Below are positions 1-10,011 of a DNA stretch of 64,000 nt, in pieces. The DNA comes from Candidatus Poribacteria bacterium (lineage in GTDB: Bacteria; Poribacteria; WGA-4E; PCPOR2b), in the NCBI GenBank assembly GCA_965215015.1, contig OZ244042.1:2137557-2201556 (forward strand), read 5' to 3'. Below the pieces are notes generated by a model. It did no database searches. It worked only from the letters and a program-made list of their open reading frames with translations, and was not told where the DNA came from. The translations under genes were made by a program, and so were the position numbers. Every line of letters starts with the position of its first letter. The stretch's first letter is position 1.

Positions 1-19
1 TAATTGCATGGTTGTTATG

Positions 20-1774
20 CTACCTTGCTGCTCGCAACTCCTCTGTAGCAATCTCGTCTACCTCGTCGGTCTGCGGGTTAATGACCACACCGTAAGCATC
101 GCGGGCATGTGCGAGCGTAACTTTCTCTTCGAGAACATCTCTCAGCACCGCTTGTGGGTCGCGCTTGAAGGGATTTCCCCACCCGCCTGCGCCCGCAGCG
201 ACGTGACGGAATACATCGCCACGTTGGATGGTCAGCGTCGGTTTGGGGGGCAGGTAACGAGCTTCGTCGTTAGGATTCAAGATATTTTGTGATGCGGCAC
301 CGGTGCCTCCTCCTTGTAAACCGTAGGGTTGATATTTTGTACGGTCTGCGCGAATTTGCAATGTCGCTTCTTCAGCTAGCAGACGAAAGTCTCTTATCAG
401 ACTCAGGCCCCCACGGTGGAGCCCCGCGCCGCCGGTATCGGGCAAATAACTATAACTTTCAATGCGGAGCGGCAGCTCAGCTTCCAATACTTCAGCGGGA
501 TTGTTGGAGAAGTTGACCACACTGCTCGCCACCCCGTCAATCCCATCCTTATCCAATCGCCCTCCCCATGAGCCGTAGAGAAATTCAAGGAATACAAAGC
601 CGCGCAATTCCGTTTTTCCATCTTCCACGATACGCTCGTAGCCTCCAATGCTGACACCGGTATCGCCTCCGATTTCGCAAGCGGGGACCCGATCTGGCGC
701 GGCTTGGGCGAGTGCACCAAAGACTACATTGGCGATACGAAAGCCGGTCAAGCCGCGTGCAGCGACGGGACCCGGGGACAATGGATTGACAATTGTGCCC
801 TCTGGTGCAATGACTGTAATCGGGCGGAAATAGCCCCCATTGTTCGGAACATCTGCCCCCATCAAGCAGCGCACGCAGGCATAGGCTGTGGATTGCGTAA
901 ATGAGAGTGGGCAGTTGATGCCGCCTCTGACCTGTAGTGATGAGCCTGTAAAGTCAACGGTCATTTGGTTGCCGGTAATCGTGATGGTAACCGCAATCGG
1001 AATCGGGTCGGGGTCTATACCATCGTCGTCGAGGTAATCCGTAAATGAATAAATACCATCCGGTAGCCCATCAATTTCTGCTCTTGCAGTTCGCTCGGCA
1101 TAGTTGAGCAACTCTGCGAAATAGGCTGAGAGTTGCGCTGCGCCGTATTTCTCGAATAACGCCCGGACGCCTTCTTGACCGACATGCAAACATGCTAGCT
1201 CCGCTCGTAAATCACCAAGTACCTGACGCGGGATGCGTACGTTGCGAGCGATGAAATCGAATACCGTTTGATTCGCTTCGCCTTCGTCGTAGAGTTTGAG
1301 TAGTGGGATGCACAGACCTTCCTGATAAAGTTCTGTTGCGTCACACCCATTTCCACCCGGCGTTTTGCCCCCAATGTCGGTATGGTGCGCGATGCAGACG
1401 ACGAAGGCAATCGGGGTTGAATCGTCCAGAAAAATGGGTTTGCACAGATACATGTCGGGCAGGTGCGACCCACCTTCATACGGGTCATTGGTGATATAGA
1501 TGTCACCCTCACGCATCCCCTCGCCAAACTTAGCGATAACCGCCCGCATAAATTCGGGTACAGAGCCAAGATGCAGCGGCAGCGTTAAGCCTTGCGCGAT
1601 GAGTTGCCCTTCTGCGTCACACACCGCTGCAGACAAATCCATCGCATTTTTCAAATTGGATGAATACGCCGTCCGTACCAGCGTCAGGGCCATCTCATCT
1701 ACCAGCGCATCCAGTGCATTTTTAATAAGTTCTGATGTAATGGGGTCAAAGGAATTTGCCGTGGCATTCATCAT
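20..1774 (-). CDS. Hydantoinase B / 5-oxoprolinase family protein (HyuB-like)
   Basis: 584-aa ORF. The N-terminus (MMNATANSFDPITSELIKNALDAL...LTLVRTAYSSNLK) and overall length are typical of the hydantoinase B/oxoprolinase family, and the gene is complete within the window. Confidence 0.75.
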   Translation of the reverse strand: MMNATANSFDPITSELIKNALDALVDEMALTLVRTAYSSNLKNAMDLSAAVCDAEGQLIAQGLTLPLHLGSVPEFMRAVIAKFGEGMREGDIYITNDPYEGGSHLPDMYLCKPIFLDDSTPIAFVVCIAHHTDIGGKTPGGNGCDATELYQEGLCIPLLKLYDEGEANQTVFDFIARNVRIPRQVLGDLRAELACLHVGQEGVRALFEKYGAAQLSAYFAELLNYAERTARAEIDGLPDGIYSFTDYLDDDGIDPDPIPIAVTITITGNQMTVDFTGSSLQVRGGINCPLSFTQSTAYACVRCLMGADVPNNGGYFRPITVIAPEGTIVNPLSPGPVAARGLTGFRIANVVFGALAQAAPDRVPACEIGGDTGVSIGGYERIVEDGKTELRGFVFLEFLYGSWGGRLDKDGIDGVASSVVNFSNNPAEVLEAELPLRIESYSYLPDTGGAGLHRGGLSLIRDFRLLAEEATLQIRADRTKYQPYGLQGGGTGAASQNILNPNDEARYLPPKPTLTIQRGDVFRHVAAGAGGWGNPFKRDPQAVLRDVLEEKVTLAHARDAYGVVINPQTDEVDEIATEELRAAR

Positions 1775-1877
1775 CTGCTCTCTTTACCGTCAATCAAGGA
1801 TAAGTTTGAGATTTAGTAGAGATTCGCTCCCATTGGGTTCGGCGATTCAATGGAAGCGAAGGATTTTTTTTCTCTTA

Positions 1878-2055
1878 GGACTTACGCATTTCAGTAGGAA
1901 AACCGATTGGCGTTCCCTACGAACTCTTATGGAGTCTTTGTTGTAGTTACCCGATTCATCGGGCGTTAGGAAGGGGAGCCAGCGGCGATAAATCGCCGAG
2001 CTACAAGTCAAAGACTCTCGGAACGGAGGCTTCGAGCGTTCAACTGCGTAAGTCC
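1878..2055. repeat. MITE-like dispersed repeat with termini ggacttacgca...tgcgtaagtcc and internal cccgattcatcgggcg and gcgataaatcgccg hairpins
   Basis: Terminal inverted repeats are visible directly. Related copies lie at 14486-14680, 31247-31409 and 33646-33759, with longer relatives at 17692-18210, 18472-19045 and 63859-64000. Confidence 0.55.
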
Positions 2056-2065
2056 TATTTCTCTA

Positions 2066-2094
2066 TTGACATAGTACCCTGATAGTGCTACACT
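2066..2094 (+). promoter_or_regulatory. Sigma70-like promoter: TTGACA, 17-nt spacer, TGcTACACT
   Basis: A -35 TTGACA at 2066-2071 and an extended -10 tgcTACACT at 2086-2094, upstream of the TPR lipoprotein gene. Confidence 0.4.
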
Positions 2095-2233
2095 GTACCG
2101 CAAAATCAGAGAAAAATCAAGATAAAATCGGATTGACTGAGAAGAAGTTTCGGTTAGTGCATCATGGGTTTAGCTTTATCATTTGTTGACAGTGACAAAC
2201 TCGTTCTAGACTTTATAATATGAGGAGTTAAGA

Positions 2234-3175
2234 ATGAAATACGTCCTTGCGATCTGCTTAATTGGAGCAAGCACTTTTTTTATTTCATGTCATGATGAAG
2301 AGGGAGCAGCACACTATAATCGCGGAAATGCTTATCAGGAAGAAGGCAGATTTAATGAAGCGATTTTAGCATACAAAAAGGCGATTGAGGTAGACTCCAA
2401 CTTTGCAGAAGCGCATTATAACTTGGGAAACGCCTATTACCGCCAAGGGCAAATTGATGAAGCGGTACTAGCGTACAAAAAGGCAATCCGCATCAAGCCG
2501 GATTTTGTGGAGGCACGTAACAGCCTAGGACTCGTTTATCGTATACAGGACAACAATGAAGCTGCGATAGTAGAGCTCAAAGAGGCGGTCAGCATTGCCC
2601 CGGATAATGCACAAGCGCATAACAATCTGGGCCGCACTTACATGGAACAAGATAAATTTGAGGAGGCTATTGCTGCATTTGAGCGAGCAATTCAACTCAA
2701 TCCGGATAGTACATACGCTTACTACTATCTCGGAAACTCCTACAAAGCACAGGGCAAGTTCGGCCAAGCCATCGCTGCGTTCAAGAAGGCTGTTGCGATA
2801 AGCCCTTACGACGCTTTATCTCATCATAATATGGGGATTTCTCTTTATAATCTGAATCGGTTCGATGAAGCCATAACTCACTTTGAAACGGCGGATCGCA
2901 TTAGTCCAAACTTGGCAAATCTACACAACAACCTAGGGAATGCCTACAAAGCACAAGGTAAACTTGATGAAGCTGCTGCTGCGTTCGAGAGAGCAGCGAG
3001 CGTCAATCCGAGCGATGCAATAGCATATTACAATTTGGCAAGCATCTATGCTGAACGAGGCGACGCTGGAGGTGCTATGAAGCAGTACAAGCAGGCCCTC
3101 CATTTGGCTCGTACCAATCCTGACCTTCAGGAACTTATCCCTGAGCTAGAAGGTCGTATTAAGGCGTTAAAATGA
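2234..3175 (+). CDS. TPR-repeat lipoprotein
   Basis: A lipoprotein-type signal (MKYVLAICLIGASTFFISC) is followed by at least 8 canonical 34-aa TPR units (AxxYxxLGxxYxxxGxxxEAxxxYxKAL). Confidence 0.8.
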   Translation: MKYVLAICLIGASTFFISCHDEEGAAHYNRGNAYQEEGRFNEAILAYKKAIEVDSNFAEAHYNLGNAYYRQGQIDEAVLAYKKAIRIKPDFVEARNSLGLVYRIQDNNEAAIVELKEAVSIAPDNAQAHNNLGRTYMEQDKFEEAIAAFERAIQLNPDSTYAYYYLGNSYKAQGKFGQAIAAFKKAVAISPYDALSHHNMGISLYNLNRFDEAITHFETADRISPNLANLHNNLGNAYKAQGKLDEAAAAFERAASVNPSDAIAYYNLASIYAERGDAGGAMKQYKQALHLARTNPDLQELIPELEGRIKALK

Positions 3176-3573
3176 AGTAAACCCTTTCAATAGCGTCGGA
3201 GGAAAACAGGCACATTATTGGAATTGGTTATGAGTATACTGTCGTTACAAGTGCTCACCGTCTCACAAATTAATAAGTTGCCACTTAAAGCCCCAGGGGC
3301 GATATGTGTAGCATTGAGTTGATGTACAATAAATCACGAGACTCATATTAAAAGAAAGTGCAAAGCACGAACAGCCCCCGAGCTTTCGGCAAAAACTCGG
3401 GGGCTGTTGCACGATTTCTTAACATGAGCCAATCGGGAAAACCACTATTGGTAAAGTTTCAAAGGGGAACCAGAAGAATCGCGAAGAAATATCCGGCGTC
3501 TGGGTTTAACGGATTAAATTTGATTGCCGAAGCTCGTACTGACCGATGCACATTATCGCCGAAAGGAGACGAT

Positions 3574-4920
3574 ATGCACGAAACACTGGATACCATGACA
3601 GCGGCCCCAACGCAGGGGCTCCTTGTTGGGGTAAAATTGAAAGGCGAGTTGCAGACCGATGCAGAAAGTTCACTCGAAGAATTAAGACGGCTTGCAGAAA
3701 CGGCGGGGATGGACGTGCTTGCCGAAATCATACAGCCGAAAGAAACGCCCGATCCCGCCTATTTTATCGGACGAGGAAAGTTAGAGGAATTGGAGGCGAT
3801 AATCAGTGAACTCAAAGTGGAGGCGGTAATTTTTGATAACGACCTCACACCGGCACAAACTCGTAATTTGGAAAAAGGGCTTGATGTCGTCGTCATTGAT
3901 CGAACAAGCCTGATTCTACAGATTTTCGCGCAACGTGCACAGACCAAAGCTGCCAAATTACAGGTAGACCTTGCCCAACTGCAATATGCGTTGCCGCGTT
4001 TGACGCGAATGTGGACACACCTCTCTCGACTTGGCACAGGTGCAGGCGGCACAGCAGGGGTGGGGGTCGGGCGCGCTGGGGGTGTAGTCCGTGGGCCGGG
4101 CGAAACCCAACTTCAGATTGACCGACGGTTGATTCACTCACAAATTGCGCGTGTAAAAAAAGCACTCCAGAAAGTTGAAAAGCATCGGCGCGTACAGCGG
4201 AAACAACGTCAGAAAATGATTAATATCTCGCTGGTCGGTTACACCAATGCAGGAAAATCAACCCTCTTTAACGCTTTGGCGAGCGAGAATCGACCCGCTG
4301 AAGATAGGCTGTTTGCGACACTAGATCCAACAACCCGCTTACTCGATTTGCCGGATAACCAACATGTCTTGTTGAGTGATACAGTCGGTTTTCTCAAAAA
4401 GCTGCCACATCATCTAGTAGCTGCATTCAAGGCAACGTTAGAGGAGGTTGTAGAGGCGGACCTGCTGCTCCATGTCGTTGATGTATCCCATCCCGAAGCG
4501 GAGAGTCAGATTGATGCTGTTGATGAGGTGCTTAAAGAGTTGGGGGCCTTTGAACGACCAACGCTCATGCTGTTCAATAAGATTGATTTACTGGAGGAGG
4601 AAGAATACCTCCGGCTATTCCAGAGTAAATATCCCGATAGCCTTGCAATATCGGCGCAGAATGGCACAGGATTGGAAGCACTAAAAGGTCTACTCGCTGA
4701 ACGCTTCTCAACTCAGGACGTAGATGTGGCGCTTGTGCTCTCCTATCAAGACGGAAAGGCACTAGATTATCTGTATAAGCATGGTGAAGTGTTCGATACG
4801 GACTATCAAGGTCAGTCAATCCGAGTCAAAGCGAAGCTTCCACAACGCTATTTGAAGGCTTTGGACCGCCTCACAACCAATTCGACCGCTGTCATACTAG
4901 ATTCAAAGATTAATGCGTAA
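3574..4920 (+). CDS. hflX: GTPase HflX
   Basis: It has HflX N-terminal domain signatures and G-motifs: GYTNAGKSTLFN (G1) and DTVGF (G3). The start is placed at ATG 3574, which has an AGGAG box 8 nt upstream; the six-frame ORF begins earlier at 3358. Confidence 0.8.
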   Translation: MHETLDTMTAAPTQGLLVGVKLKGELQTDAESSLEELRRLAETAGMDVLAEIIQPKETPDPAYFIGRGKLEELEAIISELKVEAVIFDNDLTPAQTRNLEKGLDVVVIDRTSLILQIFAQRAQTKAAKLQVDLAQLQYALPRLTRMWTHLSRLGTGAGGTAGVGVGRAGGVVRGPGETQLQIDRRLIHSQIARVKKALQKVEKHRRVQRKQRQKMINISLVGYTNAGKSTLFNALASENRPAEDRLFATLDPTTRLLDLPDNQHVLLSDTVGFLKKLPHHLVAAFKATLEEVVEADLLLHVVDVSHPEAESQIDAVDEVLKELGAFERPTLMLFNKIDLLEEEEYLRLFQSKYPDSLAISAQNGTGLEALKGLLAERFSTQDVDVALVLSYQDGKALDYLYKHGEVFDTDYQGQSIRVKAKLPQRYLKALDRLTTNSTAVILDSKINA

Positions 4921-4973
4921 ATCGAATCCTCGATTCGCTCGGGGGACTTAACCACATATCCCTAATCAATTGG

Positions 4974-5633
4974 ATGGTATTAGGAATGCTGCGACATCTG
5001 TATGGTGAGGTCTATTACTGGACTGAACGCCACGGCAGCCCTGAAACAATTTATGATTGGAACAGCTACGCGATTCGTATAGATCGGGCAAACGTCTTGG
5101 CATTGGTTGATCCGCTACCTTTGACGGTTGGGGAGATTCGACAAATTGAGAGAATCAGGGTGCCAACCCACATCCTCTTGACCTGCAACTGGCATCTCAG
5201 AGAAGCCGAGATTTTCCGACAGCGATGGGACTGTAAAATTTACCTTAACACACTCGGATCGGCAGAGGTGGAAACGACGATAGACGGTACGTTTCAGGAT
5301 CGAGATCGACTGTGGGACGCTATCGAAGCGATTCATATTCCCCATGCTGGTTGGACAGAAGAGACAGCGTTTTTAGTGGAGCAGGCTAACGGACTTCTCA
5401 TCGTAGGAGATGCGGTGTGTGGCGGACGAGCAGATATTGGTGTGCCTGAAGGTGAGATCGGTATCTTTACCAATCAAATTGAGCATATTCCGGATCGTCA
5501 AAAAGCACGAAATTCGTTGGTGAATCTGATGGAATATCCCTTTGATGCCATCTGTTTTGCACATGGCTTTCCAATTCTGTATCAGGCGAAAGCGGCATTA
5601 CAGCGATTTATCGATACAAATACCTTGAAGTAG
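4974..5633 (+). CDS. Hypothetical protein, possibly a metallo-hydrolase-like fold
   Basis: 219-aa ORF in the expected intergenic position with no overlapping alternative. No family was recognised. Confidence 0.35.
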   Translation: MVLGMLRHLYGEVYYWTERHGSPETIYDWNSYAIRIDRANVLALVDPLPLTVGEIRQIERIRVPTHILLTCNWHLREAEIFRQRWDCKIYLNTLGSAEVETTIDGTFQDRDRLWDAIEAIHIPHAGWTEETAFLVEQANGLLIVGDAVCGGRADIGVPEGEIGIFTNQIEHIPDRQKARNSLVNLMEYPFDAICFAHGFPILYQAKAALQRFIDTNTLK

Positions 5634-5726
5634 GGCGAAGCCCGATAAACAATTTAGTTTCCAGAGATGAAAGGTAAATATTGAATGCCTCAAGGCCTCG
5701 TAATGACGGTTCAGCCTCCACAATTC

Positions 5727-5823
5727 GTAGGGACTAACGATCGTTAGTCCCTACATACACATGGCTCCTTAGCCTTTGTCCCTTTCTATGAGCCAGTAGG
5801 GAACGCAAATCTGCGTTCCCTAC
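5727..5823. repeat. Pair of perfect 28-bp palindromes sharing the stem GTAGGGA...TCCCTAC
   Basis: gtagggactaacgatcgttagtccctac (5727-5754) and gtagggaacgcaaatctgcgttccctac (5796-5823) lie between convergent genes. Neither is followed by a T-tract. Confidence 0.4.
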
Positions 5824-5854
5824 AATCTGAAGTGCGTAAGCGCAAATGCAAGCC

Positions 5855-7141
5855 CTACTTTTTTACGCGCTGCCCGCCCTCGATGGCGAGGAGAAACGCC
5901 TTTCCATCTTCCGACATTTCTGCCTCTTCGGGCGGTTCACCTTCAAATTGTTTCTTTAACGCGGGGTAAGCGGTGACGGTGGGCACCTCGTCAAGTTCTG
6001 TAAGTGGTGGGATGCGAGACTGGGCAGCTTCAATTATGGGGACAGTTCTTTCAAGTTTTTGATTCCTGTGTAACTCGTCCCGTTCTTTGAATTCGGGCAT
6101 GACACGCGATGCGAGTAACTCAAGGGCTTCGCAGATATCCTCGTGACGGTTGCGACCTGCCTGCTGGATAAAGATCACCTGATCAACACCCATCTCCTCG
6201 TACTTCAGCAGATGCTCGCGGAGTTGGTCTGGGGTGCCGATACCCCCTCTCGCCTCACGGGGAGGCTCTGGAGCTGCCTTATACGACTCCCAAACGTCCG
6301 TATGACCGGGGACATGGGACCCTACGACGTAATAGTGTGAGAGTCCATGCGTGAAGAATCGTAAGCCATCCAAGCCTCGCTTGATAGCTGTCTCTTCATC
6401 CTCATGGCATGAAAAGCCACTCACCATTGCAACACTCAGATTCACCGCCTGACCGATGGGCCGACACTCCTTCTCGGCAATCTCGTAATACTCTTCAACC
6501 CAAAACTTAGCATCATCTGGATGGACAAACGCAAACGTTAAAGCACCCATACCGTTCCTCGCCGCATACCGCATGGTATCCCGACTGGGACAGGCAACCC
6601 AGATGGGCGGGTGTGGCTTCTGAGCGGGTTTTGGTAAAACGTTGCGGGGTGGCATCGAAAAATACTTCCCCTCAAAACCGGCGTAGGGCGTTTGCACCAT
6701 CATTTTAGCAGCTTCACGCGTACACTCCTCCCACATCTCACGTTTCTGTTCAGGAGAGATCCTGAAACCGCCAAGTTCTATGTGCGAAGCGGATTCGCCG
6801 GTCCCCCACTCCACACGTCCGTTTGAAACGAGATCCAGCGTTGCAATCCGCTCAGCGACACGTGCCGGGTGGTTGTATGCGGGCGGCATCAACACAATGC
6901 CGTGACCAAGCCGAATCTGCTTTGTCCGCTGACTGCACGCGGCCAGGAACACTTCGGGAGCAGAGGAGTGGGAGTATTCCTCAAGGAAGTGGTGTTCGAC
7001 CTCCCACACGTAATCATAACCGAGCCGATCTGCAAGTTCCACCTGATCGAGGGCATCTTGAAACAACCTTAGTTCGTCGCCATCGTTCCACGGGCGCGGA
7101 ATCTGGTGTTCGTAGAATATACCAAATTTCACAAGGCACAA
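5855..7141 (-). CDS. LLM-class (luciferase-like) flavin-dependent oxidoreductase with C-terminal extension
   Basis: The N-terminal region (FGIFYEHQIP...DRLGYDYVWEVEHHF...) is characteristic of bacterial luciferase-like monooxygenases. An extra acidic C-terminal tail of about 90 aa follows. Confidence 0.7.
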   Translation of the reverse strand: MCLVKFGIFYEHQIPRPWNDGDELRLFQDALDQVELADRLGYDYVWEVEHHFLEEYSHSSAPEVFLAACSQRTKQIRLGHGIVLMPPAYNHPARVAERIATLDLVSNGRVEWGTGESASHIELGGFRISPEQKREMWEECTREAAKMMVQTPYAGFEGKYFSMPPRNVLPKPAQKPHPPIWVACPSRDTMRYAARNGMGALTFAFVHPDDAKFWVEEYYEIAEKECRPIGQAVNLSVAMVSGFSCHEDEETAIKRGLDGLRFFTHGLSHYYVVGSHVPGHTDVWESYKAAPEPPREARGGIGTPDQLREHLLKYEEMGVDQVIFIQQAGRNRHEDICEALELLASRVMPEFKERDELHRNQKLERTVPIIEAAQSRIPPLTELDEVPTVTAYPALKKQFEGEPPEEAEMSEDGKAFLLAIEGGQRVKK

Positions 7142-7200
7142 CCTCCACGTAATTTAACTACCGCTGATCATTCTTATGCTCGAAGTAATCTCAAGTACGC

Positions 7201-8226
7201 TTAGTTTTCCGAAGATTTAGAAGGGGGTGGACTCTCAGGGTGCCAAATTCCAATCTCTTGGTAATAGCGAATTGAACCGGGGTGAAACGGTGTACCGGTG
7301 TTCTTGACAACGTTTTTGGGGTTAATTGCCTTGCCCGCAGGGTGTGTCTTCACGACTTCGGCACGTTGTTCGTAGAGGATTTTGGTGAACTGGTAAACCG
7401 TCTCTGTGTCTACGTTCGCACCGGTAATCAGGTGCATGGCACCGACATTCATGCCGTGGAAGGAGTTGTCTTGACCCCGGTACGTTCCTGAAGGGATAAC
7501 CACAGCGTTAAAAAACGGGTAGTTTTCAAACAATCCCTGTTTCGCCGTGTCATCAAACGGGATGAAAAAGATGTTCTGGGACGCACTGGCTCGTGTAATC
7601 GATGCAGTTGGAACAGCCCCACCCAAGAACGCAGCGGCGGCGGAACCGTCAGCGAGCATATCGACGGCACCGGCTTGGGTGTTGTGGAGCGGGGTAAAAT
7701 CTTGGTAATTCACGCCATGTGCAGCCAAGATGGGCCCCAGAAAATACTCAAATCCCGCGCCTGCAGGACCAACCACCACACGCTTTCCCCTTAGATCCGA
7801 AAGCTTTTTTACGCCAGAGGATTGTGGGGTAATAAAAAGGGCAACATTGGGAGCAAGGGTCATCACTGTCCGAATCGGCTGCTCCCCTTTCCACGCCCCC
7901 TCCCCGCGAACTGCGAAATAAGAGATGGCAGCGTTGGCAAGGGCAAATTCTAACTCATCCTTGGCGAGACGTCGGATATTTTCCTGTGTGCCTTTGGTCG
8001 CTTCGGCGGAAACTTCCCAGTTCAGGTCACCTGTATGGTTGCTGACGACCTGCGCGATTGCACCACCGACGACGAAAAATGCTCCACCCGGTGGTGCCGT
8101 GCCCACGCTGAGAAATTGGCGTTTTTGCGCGCTGGCACTGAAGGCAGCTAAACTTAGTGAAGTGATAAGCCCGATGATCACAAGGTAGTTCCAGTTAATT
8201 CGTTTGGTTTTTTTTCTTGAATTCAC
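7201..8226 (-). CDS. TRAP transporter solute receptor, TAXI family
   Basis: The signal peptide plus the GTAPPGGAFFVVGGAIAQVV and LAPNVALFITP motifs are typical of the TAXI family. No TRAP permease gene lies adjacent. Confidence 0.65.
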   Translation of the reverse strand: MNSRKKTKRINWNYLVIIGLITSLSLAAFSASAQKRQFLSVGTAPPGGAFFVVGGAIAQVVSNHTGDLNWEVSAEATKGTQENIRRLAKDELEFALANAAISYFAVRGEGAWKGEQPIRTVMTLAPNVALFITPQSSGVKKLSDLRGKRVVVGPAGAGFEYFLGPILAAHGVNYQDFTPLHNTQAGAVDMLADGSAAAAFLGGAVPTASITRASASQNIFFIPFDDTAKQGLFENYPFFNAVVIPSGTYRGQDNSFHGMNVGAMHLITGANVDTETVYQFTKILYEQRAEVVKTHPAGKAINPKNVVKNTGTPFHPGSIRYYQEIGIWHPESPPPSKSSEN

Positions 8227-8620
8227 TTGTTCACTCCTTTAATAAGAATAAATTAACCCACGTTGCTAGGTTCCGTTGACATTTGACAAATTAAGTCAAT
8301 TCTGATGCACTTGAAGCAACTGTGGACTCCAGCTTTCTGTCAGTCTATATTGTGGTCAGGTACAAGCCCCCGATGGATCAGGCCTAAGAAGCCTACCCTA
8401 TATTTCGTCGATTCCTGTATATGAACACCTCTCAGGTTTGAGAGCGTTCGTTTTATCGCTGCGAATCCACGGGAGGACAGCGGCAATATTGTCAACCTTC
8501 TCTCTGAGAGAAGTGGTATCGGTTTGACGTACTCCCAGCCCTAAAGGCTTGGGATTCTTACCTTTAGGAGTAGAATCGCTCTATCTAACAGGCGTCAAAG
8601 AGAGCCATCCGAAGATGGGC

Positions 8621-8821
8621 TTACCCCTTCTCCTGAGAAGGTGGACGCCCCACCCTAAAGATATTGACCCCGGCGGCGCGATCTCCATCTAACTCTGTAT
8701 CGCAGTTCAGACACTGCCATGTCCTGTCCCGCAGATTCAACGATTGACAAACCCCCAAGCCGAACACGCCCAAAACGGCGGCAAATGTCTGCCGCCTTTG
8801 GTGAAGGACACCCCTTGTCAC
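8621..8821 (-). pseudogene. C-terminal remnant of an IS200/IS605-family TnpB (OrfB) transposase-associated nuclease
   Basis: ...CQSLNLRDRTWQCLNCDTELDGDRAAGVNIFRVG matches the TnpB zinc-finger and RuvC-III signature (C..C......DRDxNAAxNI..G). The N-terminal part is absent because the adjacent MR/MLE gene occupies that space. Confidence 0.45.
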
Positions 8822-8885
8822 GGCTTGTCCCCTGCCTGCCCCCCCACTTGCGAGGGGTTAGGTCGGAAGATTCTGATAAATTATG

Positions 8886-9962
8886 CTAGCCTATCCGATA
8901 CCGTTCAACCGCATCCATATCAAGCCTCACACCCAGACCCGGTTTTTCTGGGACCTTTGCCAGTCCATCCTTAATAATCAACGATTCAGCAAGAAGTGAA
9001 TGCTCTAGGAGTATGTAAAGTGAAACATGACTCAACGACGCATTGGGGAGAGCAGCAGCGAGGTGCACCATAAAGACCGCAGAGACACCTGTAAAACCCA
9101 TCTGGAGCCAAAATGGCTTATTCGCAGCAGAAGCAATATTGGCACATCGTAGAATGCCAGCGAGCCACCCACCCACCACATAATAATCATAGGCGGGCGA
9201 AGGGAGCGAAATTGTCGGCGGCGGTGAACCAAAATGGATTGCCAGCGGGAGACCGAGCTCTTTCTTCAGTCGTAGATACCCCTCAACGTCCTCTTGATTG
9301 ATTGGGGATTCCAGACACTTGACGTGGGGATATTCTTTCAACCGCCGACCGAAAGAAAGGGCGCGCTCCACGGTTCCAAAGGTGGTGTTGGCATCAATTG
9401 TAAGCTCATAATCTTCTGGTGCTATCTCCGCAATGGCTTGTACCTGTTCCACTACATCGGTGTGGGCGCGGCGTTTAAATTTATGCACTCGAAAACCGCC
9501 TTCTAGCGCAATCCTTACCTCCTGCTGCAACACCTCCGGCGGAAAACACTGCGACCAATAGGCAATTGGAGCACTCTGCTGACATGGACCAAACAGCCGT
9601 GCCATCGGCAGCCCGACCGCCTGGCCCATCAGGTCATAAAAAGCGATCTGAAGCGGTCCAGCGGTATCGTCCATGATGAATTCAAAGGGGCTTCTCCCTA
9701 GATACGTCTGGATTTTGTCTTCGGAAATACTCGCGCCTTCGCCGATTCCCACAAGCCCTTCGTCGGTGTGCACACGATAAATTGATGTTTCCACAGTGGG
9801 CACCGCTGATTCGCTCCACTGTCTTTCAAACTCACTTCTGTTCGCTTGAAATTCATCATCTGTTGCCCGGTTGCCGAGATTCCAACCTTTCCGAAGGGGT
9901 TCCCGTACACGCTCCAGATAAGGAATCTCCACAGTAATCTGCTCAATTTGGGTAATTTTCAC
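8886..9962 (-). CDS. Enolase-superfamily enzyme (mandelate racemase/muconate lactonizing enzyme family)
   Basis: 358-aa ORF with an N-terminal capping-domain motif (FYDLMGQAVGLPMARLFG) and a TIM-barrel portion. Confidence 0.65.
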   Translation of the reverse strand: MKITQIEQITVEIPYLERVREPLRKGWNLGNRATDDEFQANRSEFERQWSESAVPTVETSIYRVHTDEGLVGIGEGASISEDKIQTYLGRSPFEFIMDDTAGPLQIAFYDLMGQAVGLPMARLFGPCQQSAPIAYWSQCFPPEVLQQEVRIALEGGFRVHKFKRRAHTDVVEQVQAIAEIAPEDYELTIDANTTFGTVERALSFGRRLKEYPHVKCLESPINQEDVEGYLRLKKELGLPLAIHFGSPPPTISLPSPAYDYYVVGGWLAGILRCANIASAANKPFWLQMGFTGVSAVFMVHLAAALPNASLSHVSLYILLEHSLLAESLIIKDGLAKVPEKPGLGVRLDMDAVERYRIG

Positions 9963-10011
9963 GGTTTTTCCTTTCGCTTGGTCATTTTTATGGCCCCTGA
10001 TGAACCTTACA

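Noticed and set aside
403-1569. The small antisense ORFs inside the hydantoinase B gene (403-720 and 1195-1569 on the minus strand, with others on the plus strand)
   Set aside because: They are embedded in a well-supported 584-aa gene and have no independent signals.
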